From NCBI GenBank assembly GCA_029979505.1, contig JAPOHH010000005.1, positions 4,249-68,248 on the forward strand: a DNA stretch of 64,000 bases, given 5' to 3'. The notes beneath the pieces are model-generated. The model was given only the letters and a program-made list of their open reading frames with translations. It was not told the DNA's origin and did not search any database. Within the stretch, counting starts at the first letter, position 1. Every line of letters begins with the position of its first letter. Source of the DNA: a bacterium (GTDB lineage Bacteria > Pseudomonadota > Gammaproteobacteria > GCA-002705445 > GCA-002716945). Below are positions 39,804 through 50,555 of the stretch, one piece after another. Position numbers and translations under genes: made by a program.

Positions 39804-41007
39804 TAAAAATATATTGCTCGGAATTACAGGAAGCATAGCCGCATATAAAGCAGCAGAACTTGTTAGTAATTTAATAAAAAAAGGTGCGAATGTTAAGGTT
39901 ATAATGACAAAAGCATCGACATCATTCATTACAGAAAAAACTCTTGAATGTATTTCAAAGAATAGTGTGATGGTGGATGAATCAGAATATGATGACTCCT
40001 TTTTACATTTAGACCTCTCAAAATGGGCTGATATAATACTTGTTGCCCCGTGCACTGCAAACTCACTGAATAAAATTATATCTGGTTTGGGAGATGATTT
40101 ACTATCAACCAGTTGCCTAGCTTTTAAAAATAAAATTTACTTAGCACCTGCTATGAATCCTAACATGTGGAATAATACTGTTCTGCAAAAGAATTTGAAA
40201 ATTATATCAAAAGATAAATTTGAGATTATAGGCCCAGATTATGGAAATCATGCTTGTGGTGATGTTGGCTATGGAAGAATGTCTTCACCAGAAATGATAA
40301 TTGATCATTTAAGTAAATCTCTAGGTTATGGAGAATTAGATGGAGTGAGTATTCTTGTAACTGCAGGCCCCACAAGGGAACCTATAGATCCTGTTAGGTT
40401 TATTAGCAATTATAGTTCTGGGAAAATGGGATATGCCATTGCAGAGTATGCTAGAGATTTAGGAGCAGAGGTAAAATTAATTAGCGGACCTGTAAAAATA
40501 GAAAAGCCTGATAAAGTTTTATGCATAGATGTTGAGACATCTATGGAAATGTATGATCAAGTGATTAGCAACATATCTGATTGTGATATTTTTATATCTG
40601 CTGCAGCTATTTCAGATTATAGACCGTCGAACACACTGAATCATAAACACAAAACTGAAGATGGTGAACTCAACATAAACCTAATAAGAGGTAGGGATAT
40701 ATTAAAAGCTGCTAAGACAGAAAACAGTAAAGTATTCGCTGTAGGCTTTTCTGCAGAAACAAAAGATATTAAGAAGAATGCAAAATTAAAATTAAAAAAT
40801 AAAGGAATAGACATGATAATTGCCAATGAGGCAAATCATCAAAAGGGTATAGGGTTTGAGTCCGATAATAATGAAATCATTATAATTGATAGAAATGAAA
40901 TTATACCAGTGCCAATGAACACAAAAAAAGAATTAGCTAAAGTAATAGTAAATAAGATTGCATCTAAATTTAAAAATAATGCGCTCAAAATCAAGAATGC
41001 TAAATAA
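39787..41007 (+). CDS. coaBC: Bifunctional phosphopantothenoylcysteine decarboxylase/ligase
   Basis: [54 protein letters not shown]. Confidence 0.97.
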   Translation: MKNLNNKNILLGITGSIAAYKAAELVSNLIKKGANVKVIMTKASTSFITEKTLECISKNSVMVDESEYDDSFLHLDLSKWADIILVAPCTANSLNKIISGLGDDLLSTSCLAFKNKIYLAPAMNPNMWNNTVLQKNLKIISKDKFEIIGPDYGNHACGDVGYGRMSSPEMIIDHLSKSLGYGELDGVSILVTAGPTREPIDPVRFISNYSSGKMGYAIAEYARDLGAEVKLISGPVKIEKPDKVLCIDVETSMEMYDQVISNISDCDIFISAAAISDYRPSNTLNHKHKTEDGELNINLIRGRDILKAAKTENSKVFAVGFSAETKDIKKNAKLKLKNKGIDMIIANEANHQKGIGFESDNNEIIIIDRNEIIPVPMNTKKELAKVIVNKIASKFKNNALKIKNAK

Positions 41008-41446
41008 AATTACTGTTAAGATTGTCAATAAAATTATTAAAAAATTACCAACTTACGCATCAGATGGCTCTGCTGGATTAGATTTGTGCGCAGCTATAGC
41101 TAACAGTATAATCCTGAAACCTCAAGAGACTATTCTTATTCCAACAGGTATAGCAATTTATATTAAAGATAAAAATTATGCGGCAACAATACTTCCACGC
41201 TCAGGTTTAGGTCATAAAAAAGGAATCGTACTGGGTAATCTGGTAGGATTAATAGATTCTGATTACCAAGGTGAATTAATGATATCATGTTGGAATAGAA
41301 GTAATGATTCATATCAAATTGAACCTTTAGAGAGAATTGCACAAATAATTTTTTTAAAAGTTGAACATCCTAAATTTGAATTAGTTGATGATTTTATATC
41401 AACACATCGAGGAGACAAAGGTTTTGGCTCTTCAGGTAAAAAATAA
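40997..41446 (+). CDS. dut: dUTP diphosphatase
   Basis: [34 protein letters not shown]; start set at MLNKI. Confidence 0.96.
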   Translation: MLNKITVKIVNKIIKKLPTYASDGSAGLDLCAAIANSIILKPQETILIPTGIAIYIKDKNYAATILPRSGLGHKKGIVLGNLVGLIDSDYQGELMISCWNRSNDSYQIEPLERIAQIIFLKVEHPKFELVDDFISTHRGDKGFGSSGKK

Positions 41447-41451
41447 TTCTA

Positions 41452-42819
41452 ATGAATGAAAATATTTTTAGAGCATATGATATCAGAGGAATATATCCGC
41501 AGGATTTGAATGAGGAAGTTGCTTATAAGATTGGAATCGAATTATCAAAAATAATAAATGATCCCAGAGTTATCGTAGGAATGGATGGTAGGTTAAGTGG
41601 GCCAAGAATTAAAAGTTCATTGATAAACGGTCTCATTGACAATGGAGTTGATGTAATAGATTGTGGCGCTATACCTTCGCCAATGCTATATTTTGCTACT
41701 AAAATATTATCAGTACCAAATGGCTTTATGGTGACAGGAAGTCATAATCCAAAAGAGTACAATGGTATAAAAATGATTGTTAACGGTAACCCTTTATTTG
41801 GTAAAGATATTTATGAACTAAGAGATAGAATTAAGCATAACAAATTGCAGCCTCGAGGTGTTAAGATTGGGCAAGTGAAGATATATTCGGATCTTGTCAG
41901 TCAATACATACAGAGACTAAAAGAAGATTTACTTATTAATTTTAACGGTAAAATTATCATAGATTGTATGAATGGTGTCACAGGAAACGTAATTGAAGAT
42001 ATTGTAAATTCATTAAATATTAATTCTGAATTAATTAATAAAAAGGTTGATGGAAATTTTCCAAATTGCCACCCAGACCCAACTAAAGAAGAAAATCTAA
42101 AATACCTTAAAGAAAAAATACAAAGCTCAGGTGGAGACTATGGAGTTGCATTTGATGGAGACGGAGATCGGCTCGTAGTTATAAGAAATAATGGTGATGT
42201 AATCTGGCCTGATGAATTAATGATATTGTTCTCGAAATCAATATTATCCAAAAATACAAATGCAAAAATTGTGTTTGATGTTAAGTGTACTCGTAACCTA
42301 AGAGAAACTATTGAAAATTGTGGAGGCATACCAATTGAATCAAGAACTGGCCATTCCTACATTAAACAAACTATTCAAAAAGAAGATGCTCAGCTAGGTG
42401 GAGAAATGAGCGGGCACATATTTTTTAATGATAAGTGGTATGGTTTCGATGATGGGATATATGTATTTCTACGATTTTTAGAAATACTATCTAATCAACC
42501 TCATATGATAACAGAACTAACGAAACTTCCTAAAACTCACCTCACTCCTGAGATAGATATAGACTTCCCTAAAAATGATCACTTCACATTTATTGAATCC
42601 TTTAAAAAGAAAATTAGTTTTACAAATTATGATGTATCTTATCTTGATGGTATAAAGATATCAGATTCTCAATCATGGGGATTAATTAGGGCATCAAATA
42701 CCTCGCCAAAAATAACACTCAGGTTTGAATCATTGACCGAAAAAGGCTTGATTAATATTAAAAATGAAATTAAAAATGCTATTCTTGATATTGATAATAC
42801 GTTAAACTTACCGATTTGA
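41452..42819 (+). CDS. algC: Phosphomannomutase/phosphoglucomutase
   Basis: FRAYDIRG, TGSHNP, FDGDGDR, GEMSGH, RASNT; dut-algC-argB synteny. Confidence 0.94.
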   Translation: MNENIFRAYDIRGIYPQDLNEEVAYKIGIELSKIINDPRVIVGMDGRLSGPRIKSSLINGLIDNGVDVIDCGAIPSPMLYFATKILSVPNGFMVTGSHNPKEYNGIKMIVNGNPLFGKDIYELRDRIKHNKLQPRGVKIGQVKIYSDLVSQYIQRLKEDLLINFNGKIIIDCMNGVTGNVIEDIVNSLNINSELINKKVDGNFPNCHPDPTKEENLKYLKEKIQSSGGDYGVAFDGDGDRLVVIRNNGDVIWPDELMILFSKSILSKNTNAKIVFDVKCTRNLRETIENCGGIPIESRTGHSYIKQTIQKEDAQLGGEMSGHIFFNDKWYGFDDGIYVFLRFLEILSNQPHMITELTKLPKTHLTPEIDIDFPKNDHFTFIESFKKKISFTNYDVSYLDGIKISDSQSWGLIRASNTSPKITLRFESLTEKGLINIKNEIKNAILDIDNTLNLPI

Positions 42820-42823
42820 AATT

Positions 42824-43720
42824 ATGAATAAGAAAGTTGAACTAAGAAAGAATACTGCAAACATCCCTTCTACAGCTAACGTGCTTATAGAAGCGCTGCC
42901 TTATATCCAGAAACTTGCAAATAAAGTAATAGTCATTAAATTCGGTGGCAATGCCATGATTGATGACAAACTCAAAAATAATTTTGCAAGAGACGTTGTG
43001 CTATTAAAACAAGTTGGTCTACACCCAGTTATTGTTCATGGTGGTGGGCCACAGATTACTAGTTATCTCGAACAGATGGGCATAAAGAGTGAATTTGTTG
43101 ATGGAATGAGAGTAACAGATGAAAAGTCAATTGATCTTATTGAAATGGTTTTGGGTGGCTCAATAAATAAAGAAATTGTAAATTTAATAACTAGCCATGG
43201 TGGTAGGGCTGTTGGCTTGTCTGGAAAAGATGGTGGACTTATCAGAGCAAAAAAAATGATTGGTGAAGGTAAAAATAAAAACTTTGACTTTAAGAACACT
43301 GGCATGGTTGCAAGCATAGACCCTAGTGTTGTGAATCTTTTAGATTCGACATCCTTCATACCAGTAATTGCACCTATTGGGATTGGTGATGACTATAAAA
43401 CATATAATATTAATGCTGATATTGTAGCAGGCAAGATTGCAAAAATACTACAAGCAGGTAAATATGTTGTGTTAACAAATACCGCAGGGATTTTCGATGA
43501 CAAAGGAAATCTTATAAAATCTATGAATGCTGAACAGGTAAGACAATATGTTCAAAAGGGGACTATATCATCAGGCATGCTTCCAAAAGTTGAATCTGCA
43601 CTTGAAGCAGTGTCGGCAGGTGTCCACAATGTTCAAATCATTGACGGAACAATAGAGCATGCTCTTCTGCTTGAACTCTTCACAGATGAAGGTGTAGGCA
43701 CAATGATAAGAAGAACGTAA
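42824..43720 (+). CDS. argB: Acetylglutamate kinase
   Basis: EALPYI, IKFGGNAM, VHGGGPQI, GMRVTD, NINAD, GMLPK. Confidence 0.97.
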   Translation: MNKKVELRKNTANIPSTANVLIEALPYIQKLANKVIVIKFGGNAMIDDKLKNNFARDVVLLKQVGLHPVIVHGGGPQITSYLEQMGIKSEFVDGMRVTDEKSIDLIEMVLGGSINKEIVNLITSHGGRAVGLSGKDGGLIRAKKMIGEGKNKNFDFKNTGMVASIDPSVVNLLDSTSFIPVIAPIGIGDDYKTYNINADIVAGKIAKILQAGKYVVLTNTAGIFDDKGNLIKSMNAEQVRQYVQKGTISSGMLPKVESALEAVSAGVHNVQIIDGTIEHALLLELFTDEGVGTMIRRT

Positions 43721-43723
43721 GAT

Positions 43724-44452
43724 TTGGAATATATTTTATTATTTTTCATTTCTTTTTTATCAAATTTATTTTCTGCATTCTCAGGTGGTGGAGCAGGTAT
43801 CATTCAACTACCAGCTATCTTACTATTATATGAAATAAGTTTCCCGGTAGCTTTAGCTACACATAAGATTTCTACTGTTTTATTAGGCGTCGGAGCTTCA
43901 ATTAAATTCTTCGAAAAAAACAAGCCTGATAAAAGAATTTTACTAGAAAGTTTAATAGTAGGCCTCCCAGCAGTAATAATAGGTGCTTTTTCAATACAAT
44001 TTTTATCAGAAGAAATTTCTAGAAAAATGTTGGGAGTACTAATCCTTGGTGTTTTTGTTCTGTCTTTTGTGAAAAATAGTAATGATTCAGCTAGAAGAGT
44101 AGATTCAATAGTGATATATCTTTTGTTGTTTTGTATTGGCTTTCTCAATGGCTCATTATCTGCTGGAACAGGTTTACTTTATACAATTATGCTAACAAAG
44201 CTATTCAACATGTCATTTAAAATGGCTGTAGGATACACTTTATTAGTTGTAGGATTATTCTTTAACTTGATAGGAGCAATAGTTTTATATTTAATATCTA
44301 CGATTGATATTACGATTCTACCTATTCTGCTAATTGGATCTTTGATTGGAGGTTACGTTGGAGCAATGATAGCAATAAGTAAATCAAATTTAGTTATTAA
44401 AACTTCTTATCAAATTGTAACTATTATTGTTGCCTACAAGCTACTTTTCTAA
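43724..44452 (+). CDS. TSUP (TauE/SafE) family membrane transporter
   Basis: Highly hydrophobic; SGGGAGIIQLP, ALATHK, NGSLSAGTG, GGYVGA. Confidence 0.8.
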   Translation: MEYILLFFISFLSNLFSAFSGGGAGIIQLPAILLLYEISFPVALATHKISTVLLGVGASIKFFEKNKPDKRILLESLIVGLPAVIIGAFSIQFLSEEISRKMLGVLILGVFVLSFVKNSNDSARRVDSIVIYLLLFCIGFLNGSLSAGTGLLYTIMLTKLFNMSFKMAVGYTLLVVGLFFNLIGAIVLYLISTIDITILPILLIGSLIGGYVGAMIAISKSNLVIKTSYQIVTIIVAYKLLF

Positions 44453-45090
44453 GAAACTTTATATCTAGAAATATATGCTTCCATGGCTTGTACATGTTTT
44501 TTATATTGTGAGTTAGATTTTACATAATCATAAATATCATCAAGATTAATTAAATAATGTGTTTTTATATCATAATTATCAGAAATCTCTTGAGCTGCCA
44601 TAAGCTTATTGCCTACTTCCATTCGGTTGAACGCCACTAATATATCACTACATATTACATTATGCTTAGCTAATAAATTGTATGATTCAATTATTGAAGA
44701 ACCTGAAGATATGACATCATCGACTATCAAGGCTTTACCTTTGATTTCACAGCCTACAAAACTTCCTATATCACCGTGTGTTTTTTTCTCTTTTCTATTA
44801 AACGCATAACTAGAAATAATTGAATATTTATTAAACAAACTTTGTGAAATTGATGAACAAAGAGTAATGCCTTTATAAGCTGGTCCGAAGATAAAATCAT
44901 AACTAAGTGGATAATTTTGAATATAGTCAGCATAATATGATGTCAGTTCTGCTAGTAATTTACCGTTATTACACAGTCCGGTATTGAAAAAATATGGACT
45001 ATGTCTACCTGATTTCAATGTAAAATTACCAAAATTTAGAATCTTTTCATTAATGGTAAATTCAATAAATTCTTGTTTTTTATTAAACAT
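44449..45090 (-). CDS. pyrE: Orotate phosphoribosyltransferase
   Basis: FG.FTLKSGR.SPYFFN.G, FGPAYKGI, FNRKE.K.HG, IVDDVISSG. Confidence 0.96.
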   Translation of the reverse strand: MFNKKQEFIEFTINEKILNFGNFTLKSGRHSPYFFNTGLCNNGKLLAELTSYYADYIQNYPLSYDFIFGPAYKGITLCSSISQSLFNKYSIISSYAFNRKEKKTHGDIGSFVGCEIKGKALIVDDVISSGSSIIESYNLLAKHNVICSDILVAFNRMEVGNKLMAAQEISDNYDIKTHYLINLDDIYDYVKSNSQYKKHVQAMEAYISRYKVS

Positions 45091-45123
45091 AGTGGACGAC
45101 CATATTTTAATGATAACATAACC

Positions 45124-45903
45124 ATGAAAGCAAAAATGAAAGTTATAACAATAAATGTTTGTGGGATAAGAGCTAGTGAAAAGAAAGGGCTGTTTGAATG
45201 GTTAAGAAAAGTTAAAGCAGACTTCATATGTATGCAAGAAACAAGAGCTTTAGAAGAGCAGATTAGTGAAGAGAACTTCTTAATTAAAGGATATTCAAGA
45301 TATTTGAATGTAGCAGAAAAGAAGGGGTATAGCGGCGTTGCAATATATACAAAGCATAAGCCCTTAAAAATTCAAACTTCCTTCTCAAAATCAGTCTTTG
45401 AATCAGAAGGTCGGTTTATACTTGCTGATTATAAAGACTATTCGATAGCTTCTGTATATTTTCCATCCGGATCGTCTGGTGAGATAAGACAGAATCTTAA
45501 ATATGAGTTTATGAGTCATTTTGAAAAATTCGTCAAGAATCAAATAAAAAAGAAGAAGAGGCTAATTATTTGTGGTGATTATAATATTGCTCATACAAAA
45601 GATGATATAAAGAATTGGAAGTCAAACCAAAATAATTCAGGCTTTCTTCCTGAAGAAAGAGAGTGGATGACAAGATTAATAAACAAAATAGGTCTTAAAG
45701 ATGCGTTCAGGATAAAATGTAAAAAAACTGATGTCTATACATGGTGGTCAAACAGAGGAAATGCATATAATAATAATGTAGGATGGAGGATAGATTATCA
45801 GATGATTACAGATAATTTTTCTGACAAAGTTAAAAGTGTTTCTGTTTACAAGGACAATAAATTTTCTGATCATGCTCCACTTATTATAAATTATGATATT
45901 TGA
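45124..45903 (+). CDS. xth: Exodeoxyribonuclease III / AP endonuclease
   Basis: CMQE, GYSGVA, EGR, YFPSG, GDYNIAH, SGFLPEER, WWSNR, GWRIDY, SDHAP; start 45124 or 45136. Confidence 0.93.
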   Translation: MKAKMKVITINVCGIRASEKKGLFEWLRKVKADFICMQETRALEEQISEENFLIKGYSRYLNVAEKKGYSGVAIYTKHKPLKIQTSFSKSVFESEGRFILADYKDYSIASVYFPSGSSGEIRQNLKYEFMSHFEKFVKNQIKKKKRLIICGDYNIAHTKDDIKNWKSNQNNSGFLPEEREWMTRLINKIGLKDAFRIKCKKTDVYTWWSNRGNAYNNNVGWRIDYQMITDNFSDKVKSVSVYKDNKFSDHAPLIINYDI

Positions 45904-47155
45904 TTCGATAAAAGATACTTTAAGGCCATACTCAGATAAAAAAATATTTATATCTCTGCTAATGGGTTTTGTTGCAGGCTTACCATTATTGTTAACAATT
46001 ACACTATTACAAGCTTGGTTAACAGACGTCAATGTATCTAAATCAACTATCGGCTTGTTCGCGCTAATAGGTTTACCATATTCTCTAAAATTCCTATGGG
46101 CACCTCTTTTTGATAGATATGTTATTAGTAAACTTGGAAGAAGGCGAGGGTGGCTTTTACTTGCTCAAACGCTTTTAATAATTTCTATTTTTCTTCTTGG
46201 GAAATCTAATCCGTCTATTGATTTGTACAATGTCGCAATTCTCTCATTAGCTGTGACTTTTTTTTCAGCATCTCAAGATATTGTGATTGATGCATACAGA
46301 CGGGAAAGCCTCTCAGAAAAAGAACAAACTATTGGAGCATCAGCATATGTCCTTGGTTATAGATTTGGTGCATTAGCAGCCGGAGCAGGAGGACTTATCC
46401 TTGCAGATATATATACATATTCATTTGTTTACTCATTGATGTCACTCATTATGCTTATTGGCGTTTTTACAACTTTACTATCAGAGGAACCAAAAGTTAC
46501 ATCGAAACCGAATACGCTTAAAGAATCAATTATAGATCCCTTTAGAGAATTTTTTAGTCGATACGCAGAAGACAATCACTCTCTAAATAAATATGTACCA
46601 TATTTAATTTTATTTTTCGTATTATTGTATAAAGTAGGTGACACAATGGCCCATTCACTAAGTACCAATTTTTACTTAGAGATAGGCTTCACAAAAACAG
46701 AGATCGGTACCGTTGTAAAATTTTTTGGACTCGGAGCAACTCTATTGGGTGCTTTTATAGGTGGTGCATTATCACTAAAAATTGGTCTATACAAATCTCT
46801 AATTTATTTTGGTCTATTTCAGCTTATAGCAACACTAGGATTCACAGCTCTATACTATGCGGGTAATAACATGATGATGTTAATTACTGTGATTACATTA
46901 GAAAACTTAGCAGCAGGTATGGGATATACTGCATATCTCGCTTTTATAGCTCATATGACATCTAAGCAATTTACAGCTACACAATTTGCACTTATGACCG
47001 CACTTATGTCTTTACCAAGAACATTTTTATCTGGTACTTCTGGTTTTCTAGTAGAATTATTGAATTGGGATATATACTTTATTTTTTGTTCTTTAATAGC
47101 CATACCTGCTCTGTTAATATTAAAAAGAATCAAATTTATAATTAAAGATGAATGA
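45893..47155 (+). CDS. ampG: Muropeptide MFS transporter
   Basis: GF.AGLP, PYSLKFLWAP..D, LGRRRGW, SASQDIVIDAYR.E, ATQFAL. Confidence 0.94.
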   Translation: MIFDSIKDTLRPYSDKKIFISLLMGFVAGLPLLLTITLLQAWLTDVNVSKSTIGLFALIGLPYSLKFLWAPLFDRYVISKLGRRRGWLLLAQTLLIISIFLLGKSNPSIDLYNVAILSLAVTFFSASQDIVIDAYRRESLSEKEQTIGASAYVLGYRFGALAAGAGGLILADIYTYSFVYSLMSLIMLIGVFTTLLSEEPKVTSKPNTLKESIIDPFREFFSRYAEDNHSLNKYVPYLILFFVLLYKVGDTMAHSLSTNFYLEIGFTKTEIGTVVKFFGLGATLLGAFIGGALSLKIGLYKSLIYFGLFQLIATLGFTALYYAGNNMMMLITVITLENLAAGMGYTAYLAFIAHMTSKQFTATQFALMTALMSLPRTFLSGTSGFLVELLNWDIYFIFCSLIAIPALLILKRIKFIIKDE

Positions 47156-47624
47156 ATTTAACACAGCTGACTTATGCGATGTGCATGATTTAAAGATAGC
47201 AAAGCCAATATTTAAATCCTTTGGTCTTAATACACATTGTTATGGACAGATAAGAACAGTAGAAGCAATAGAAGACAACTCGTATGTAAAAAAACTTCTT
47301 CAGCAGGATGGTTCGGGATACGTCATGGTAGTAGACGGGCAAGGATCCCAGAATTGTGCATTAGTAGGTGATAATTTAGCAGCATTAGGTGCTAAGAATA
47401 ACTGGTCTGGTATCATTGTAAATGGATGCATAAGAGATAGTTTAGAAATAAATAATATAAATATTTCTATTAAAGCTCTAGACTTAGTGCCAAATAAAAG
47501 TGAAAAAAAAGATATTGGAAAATATGGTTTAGATTTAAAATTCGCTGATGTTACTTTTATAGAAAATCAGTACCTATATTCTGATCCGGACGGAATAGTT
47601 CTGTCTGCAACAAAACTATTCTAA
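47148..47624 (+). CDS. rraA: RraA family protein (regulator of RNase E activity / HMG aldolase-like)
   Basis: TADLCD, EDNS.V, VVDG.GS...ALVGD, NGCIRD, D.DGI. Confidence 0.92.
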   Translation: MNEFNTADLCDVHDLKIAKPIFKSFGLNTHCYGQIRTVEAIEDNSYVKKLLQQDGSGYVMVVDGQGSQNCALVGDNLAALGAKNNWSGIIVNGCIRDSLEINNINISIKALDLVPNKSEKKDIGKYGLDLKFADVTFIENQYLYSDPDGIVLSATKLF

Positions 47625-47626
47625 AA

Positions 47627-48220
47627 GTGGATAAAGCTATTATAAGTCTTGAAAATGTTGGCCTTATTAAGCAAGACAAGCAAATACTAAAAGATGTTTC
47701 AATGCAAATCTCGTTAGGAGATAAAATTAACATTTATGGCGGTAATGGTGTAGGCAAAACTTCACTATTAAAAATTATTTCAGGTATTACATCACAGTAT
47801 TCAGGTGAAATTAATATTGTCGATTCTATTAGTATCAGTGAAGACCTATTTTATATAGGGCACAAGTATGGCTTAAAGAATGAGCTTACTGTTAAGGAGA
47901 ATCTTGAATTTATAGTTAAATTTAATAATAATCAAAATTCCCTAAAATACTTAAATGATGAATTAAACTATTATGAGATACATCATGCTATAGATAGTAA
48001 AGTTAAGTTTCTCTCGCATGGTCAAAAAAAAATTATAAGCTTAATTCAGCTGACATTATTATCTACTAAGATATGGGTTCTTGATGAACCGTTCACAGGT
48101 CTTGATGAAAAAATGTTTGATAAATTTTTTAAAAAAATTGAGGAGCATGTTAGTAATAACGGTATAGTCATTTCAACTAGTCATAACTCAAAAGATAATT
48201 TTATAAATTTTAAATTGTGA
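47627..48220 (+). CDS. ccmA: Heme ABC exporter ATP-binding protein
   Basis: GGNGVGKT, YIGH..GLK.ELT..ENL, LSHGQ, WVLDEPFTGLD; adjacent to ccmB. Confidence 0.9.
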   Translation: MDKAIISLENVGLIKQDKQILKDVSMQISLGDKINIYGGNGVGKTSLLKIISGITSQYSGEINIVDSISISEDLFYIGHKYGLKNELTVKENLEFIVKFNNNQNSLKYLNDELNYYEIHHAIDSKVKFLSHGQKKIISLIQLTLLSTKIWVLDEPFTGLDEKMFDKFFKKIEEHVSNNGIVISTSHNSKDNFINFKL

Positions 48221-48888
48221 TGAATTCATTTATTTCAATAATACATAGAGATATGAGAGTAATTATAAACTCAGGCAATAAAATATTTATGCCAATTATA
48301 TATTTATTACTTATACTTACATTTTTTTCAATAAGCTTAACAAATTCAATTTCTGGCGGCTATGAACGAATAGTGCCTCAAATTATTTGGTTAGCATGTT
48401 TATTAGTAAGTCTTATCAATATGGAAACTTTATTTAAAGAAGATTTTGAAGATGGAACGCTTGAGAATATTGTAATTAATTCAGATGCGCTAGAGATTAA
48501 TGTGCTCGCAAAAGTTTTATCATATTGGTTATTTACAATAGCACCACTAGTTATTGTTGGATTTATAATGAATTATCTTCTTACATCTGATTTTAATATA
48601 TCACTTGTTCTCTTTGTAAGTTTAATTTTAGGTACATTAACAATTTCTCTCATTGGTGGGATAGCTGCATCACTAACATTAAGCATTAAAGGTAATAATC
48701 TTCTCCTATCAACAATAGTTCTTCCTATGGATGTACCCATTATAATATTTGGAACAAGCTGTGTTTTTAATGCTACATCAGGAGTTAGCTATGATTCTGA
48801 AATATTAATTTTAGTTATGCTACTTTTATTATTTTTAATAATCTCACCTTTTGCGTCTGCACAAGGCTTGAGGAACAGTTTAGACTAG
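48217..48888 (+). CDS. ccmB: Heme exporter protein B
   Basis: IIW, LFKEDFEDGTLE, LGT, AASLT, LP...P.IIFG. Confidence 0.9.
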   Translation: MMNSFISIIHRDMRVIINSGNKIFMPIIYLLLILTFFSISLTNSISGGYERIVPQIIWLACLLVSLINMETLFKEDFEDGTLENIVINSDALEINVLAKVLSYWLFTIAPLVIVGFIMNYLLTSDFNISLVLFVSLILGTLTISLIGGIAASLTLSIKGNNLLLSTIVLPMDVPIIIFGTSCVFNATSGVSYDSEILILVMLLLLFLIISPFASAQGLRNSLD

Positions 48889-49605
48889 TTTAGTCCACGA
48901 TTTATTCTTTTCGTTGTGTAGTAGCATGTTTTGTGCTGATTTGAACATAGCGCCAAGAAAGAAAAAGGTAAATCCTAATGCTGTAATGATAAGTGGTGTT
49001 AACATTTCTGTAGCGATACTTGGTGAACTGAGTTTTATCACAGATGGTCCCTGATGAAGAGTGTTCCACCATTCTACGGAAAAATGTATTATTGGTATGT
49101 TTATAAAACCAACAATAGCCAAGATATTGACAGATGTTGATGCTTTTCTTTTATCTTCAAAAGATCCATGTAGCAATAAAATTGATACGTATATAAAAAA
49201 TAATATGAGTTCTGATGTGAGTCTAGCATCCCATGCCCACCATGTTCCCCACATAGGCTTACCCCATATAGCTCCAGTGATAAGTGTGAAGAAAGTAAAC
49301 ATAGCCCCAATCTTACATGATGCTAGTAGCATTAAATCATAAACTTTTATATGCCAAATAATTGATATTAATGCAGAAAAGAAGACTAATGAGTACGCAA
49401 AAAGAGAAATCCATGCGCTGGGAACATGAACATACATAATCCTAAAAGCATCTCCCTGTTGATAATCAGACGGTGCAATAAAAAGGCCTTGATAAAGTCC
49501 TAGACAGATGAATATCAATGATAGAAATAAAAGCCATGGTATTATTGTATTAGTAAATTTATAATAGCCTTCAGATGAAATAGTTGTGAAAAGTTTCTTT
49601 AACAT
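48880..49605 (-). CDS. ccmC: Heme exporter protein C
   Basis: DYQQGDAFRIMYVHVP, WWD domain WGKPMWGTWWAWDARLTS, SVEWWNTLHQ. Confidence 0.97.
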   Translation of the reverse strand: MLKKLFTTISSEGYYKFTNTIIPWLLFLSLIFICLGLYQGLFIAPSDYQQGDAFRIMYVHVPSAWISLFAYSLVFFSALISIIWHIKVYDLMLLASCKIGAMFTFFTLITGAIWGKPMWGTWWAWDARLTSELILFFIYVSILLLHGSFEDKRKASTSVNILAIVGFINIPIIHFSVEWWNTLHQGPSVIKLSSPSIATEMLTPLIITALGFTFFFLGAMFKSAQNMLLHNEKNKSWTKLV

Positions 49606-49639
49606 AATTATTAAAAAATGATAGCATACAATTAATTTT

Positions 49640-49780
49640 ATGACTGAAAATAAACTAAGAGACTACGAAAAATCCATGTCTACATGGTGCAAAAGTTTGC
49701 AGGGAAAGTATCGAATATTGAAAAAACTTAACAAAAAAGCTTTTATTAAGTCTATTAAATCAAAGAAAGACACTCCATAA
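49640..49780 (+). CDS. Candidate 46-aa basic small protein of unknown function
   Basis: Manual translation MTENKLRDYEKSMSTWCKSLQGKYRILKKLNKKAFIKSIKSKKDTP*; fills an otherwise unexplained ~150-nt gap; TACAAT 7 nt upstream of ATG. Confidence 0.45.
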   Translation: MTENKLRDYEKSMSTWCKSLQGKYRILKKLNKKAFIKSIKSKKDTP

Positions 49781-50555
49781 TACAATTTTTATGAAAATCT
49801 AAATTCCCATTTATAATAAAAAAAGGGCCATTAAGAAATCTGTCGTTGTGGCCGTAAGAGAATCTGTTGAGGTATTTATCTAAGAATAAACCACCACTTT
49901 CTTCTACTATACATTGTCCAGCAGCAGTGTCCCACTCATGGGTTGGACCTAGCCTGATAGAAAAATGACCTTTACTTTCAGCTATTCTCACAAATTTAAC
50001 AGCGCTAGACATATATATAAGTTCAGAACCTTCAAAGTGTTTATGTAGAATATCTATGACACTTTTCCTTATGACAGTGCTTACATAAATATTATTTCTT
50101 GAATTACTCATATTCGTGATTTTTTGTGCATTGATACCAGGCTTAATGATATATGCGCCATGCCCTGCAGATGCATAAAAAAATTCTTTTGTTGAGGGAA
50201 TATAAACTATACCAAATACTGGATAACCGGATACTATGTATGAAATACATATGCAAAAGTTTTTACCTCCTTTGATATAGTTTTTAGTTCCATCTATTGG
50301 ATCAACTAGCCAATATTCTTTTTTTTGATTTGGCTTTACAGAGTTTTCCTCAGAAATAATTACATCATTTTTAAATGTACTTGATAAATAATTTGTGATC
50401 ATCTCATTAGAATCTATATCTATATTTGTCACGGGGCTGTTATCTGATTTCACATTAATGTCTAAATTATTTTGGCCATTAATTTGAATATCTCCGACAT
50501 TTCTGCAAAGTTGAACAAAATCAGGTATATATTGATTAAAATCTTTATTTGTCAT
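49755..50555 (-). CDS. cysQ: 3'(2'),5'-bisphosphate nucleotidase
   Basis: KSDNSPVT.ID, ISEE, WLVDPIDGTK, T.EWDTAAGQ; follows nudE; start set at MTNKDF. Confidence 0.93.
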   Translation of the reverse strand: MTNKDFNQYIPDFVQLCRNVGDIQINGQNNLDINVKSDNSPVTNIDIDSNEMITNYLSSTFKNDVIISEENSVKPNQKKEYWLVDPIDGTKNYIKGGKNFCICISYIVSGYPVFGIVYIPSTKEFFYASAGHGAYIIKPGINAQKITNMSNSRNNIYVSTVIRKSVIDILHKHFEGSELIYMSSAVKFVRIAESKGHFSIRLGPTHEWDTAAGQCIVEESGGLFLDKYLNRFSYGHNDRFLNGPFFIINGNLDFHKNCIMECLSLI

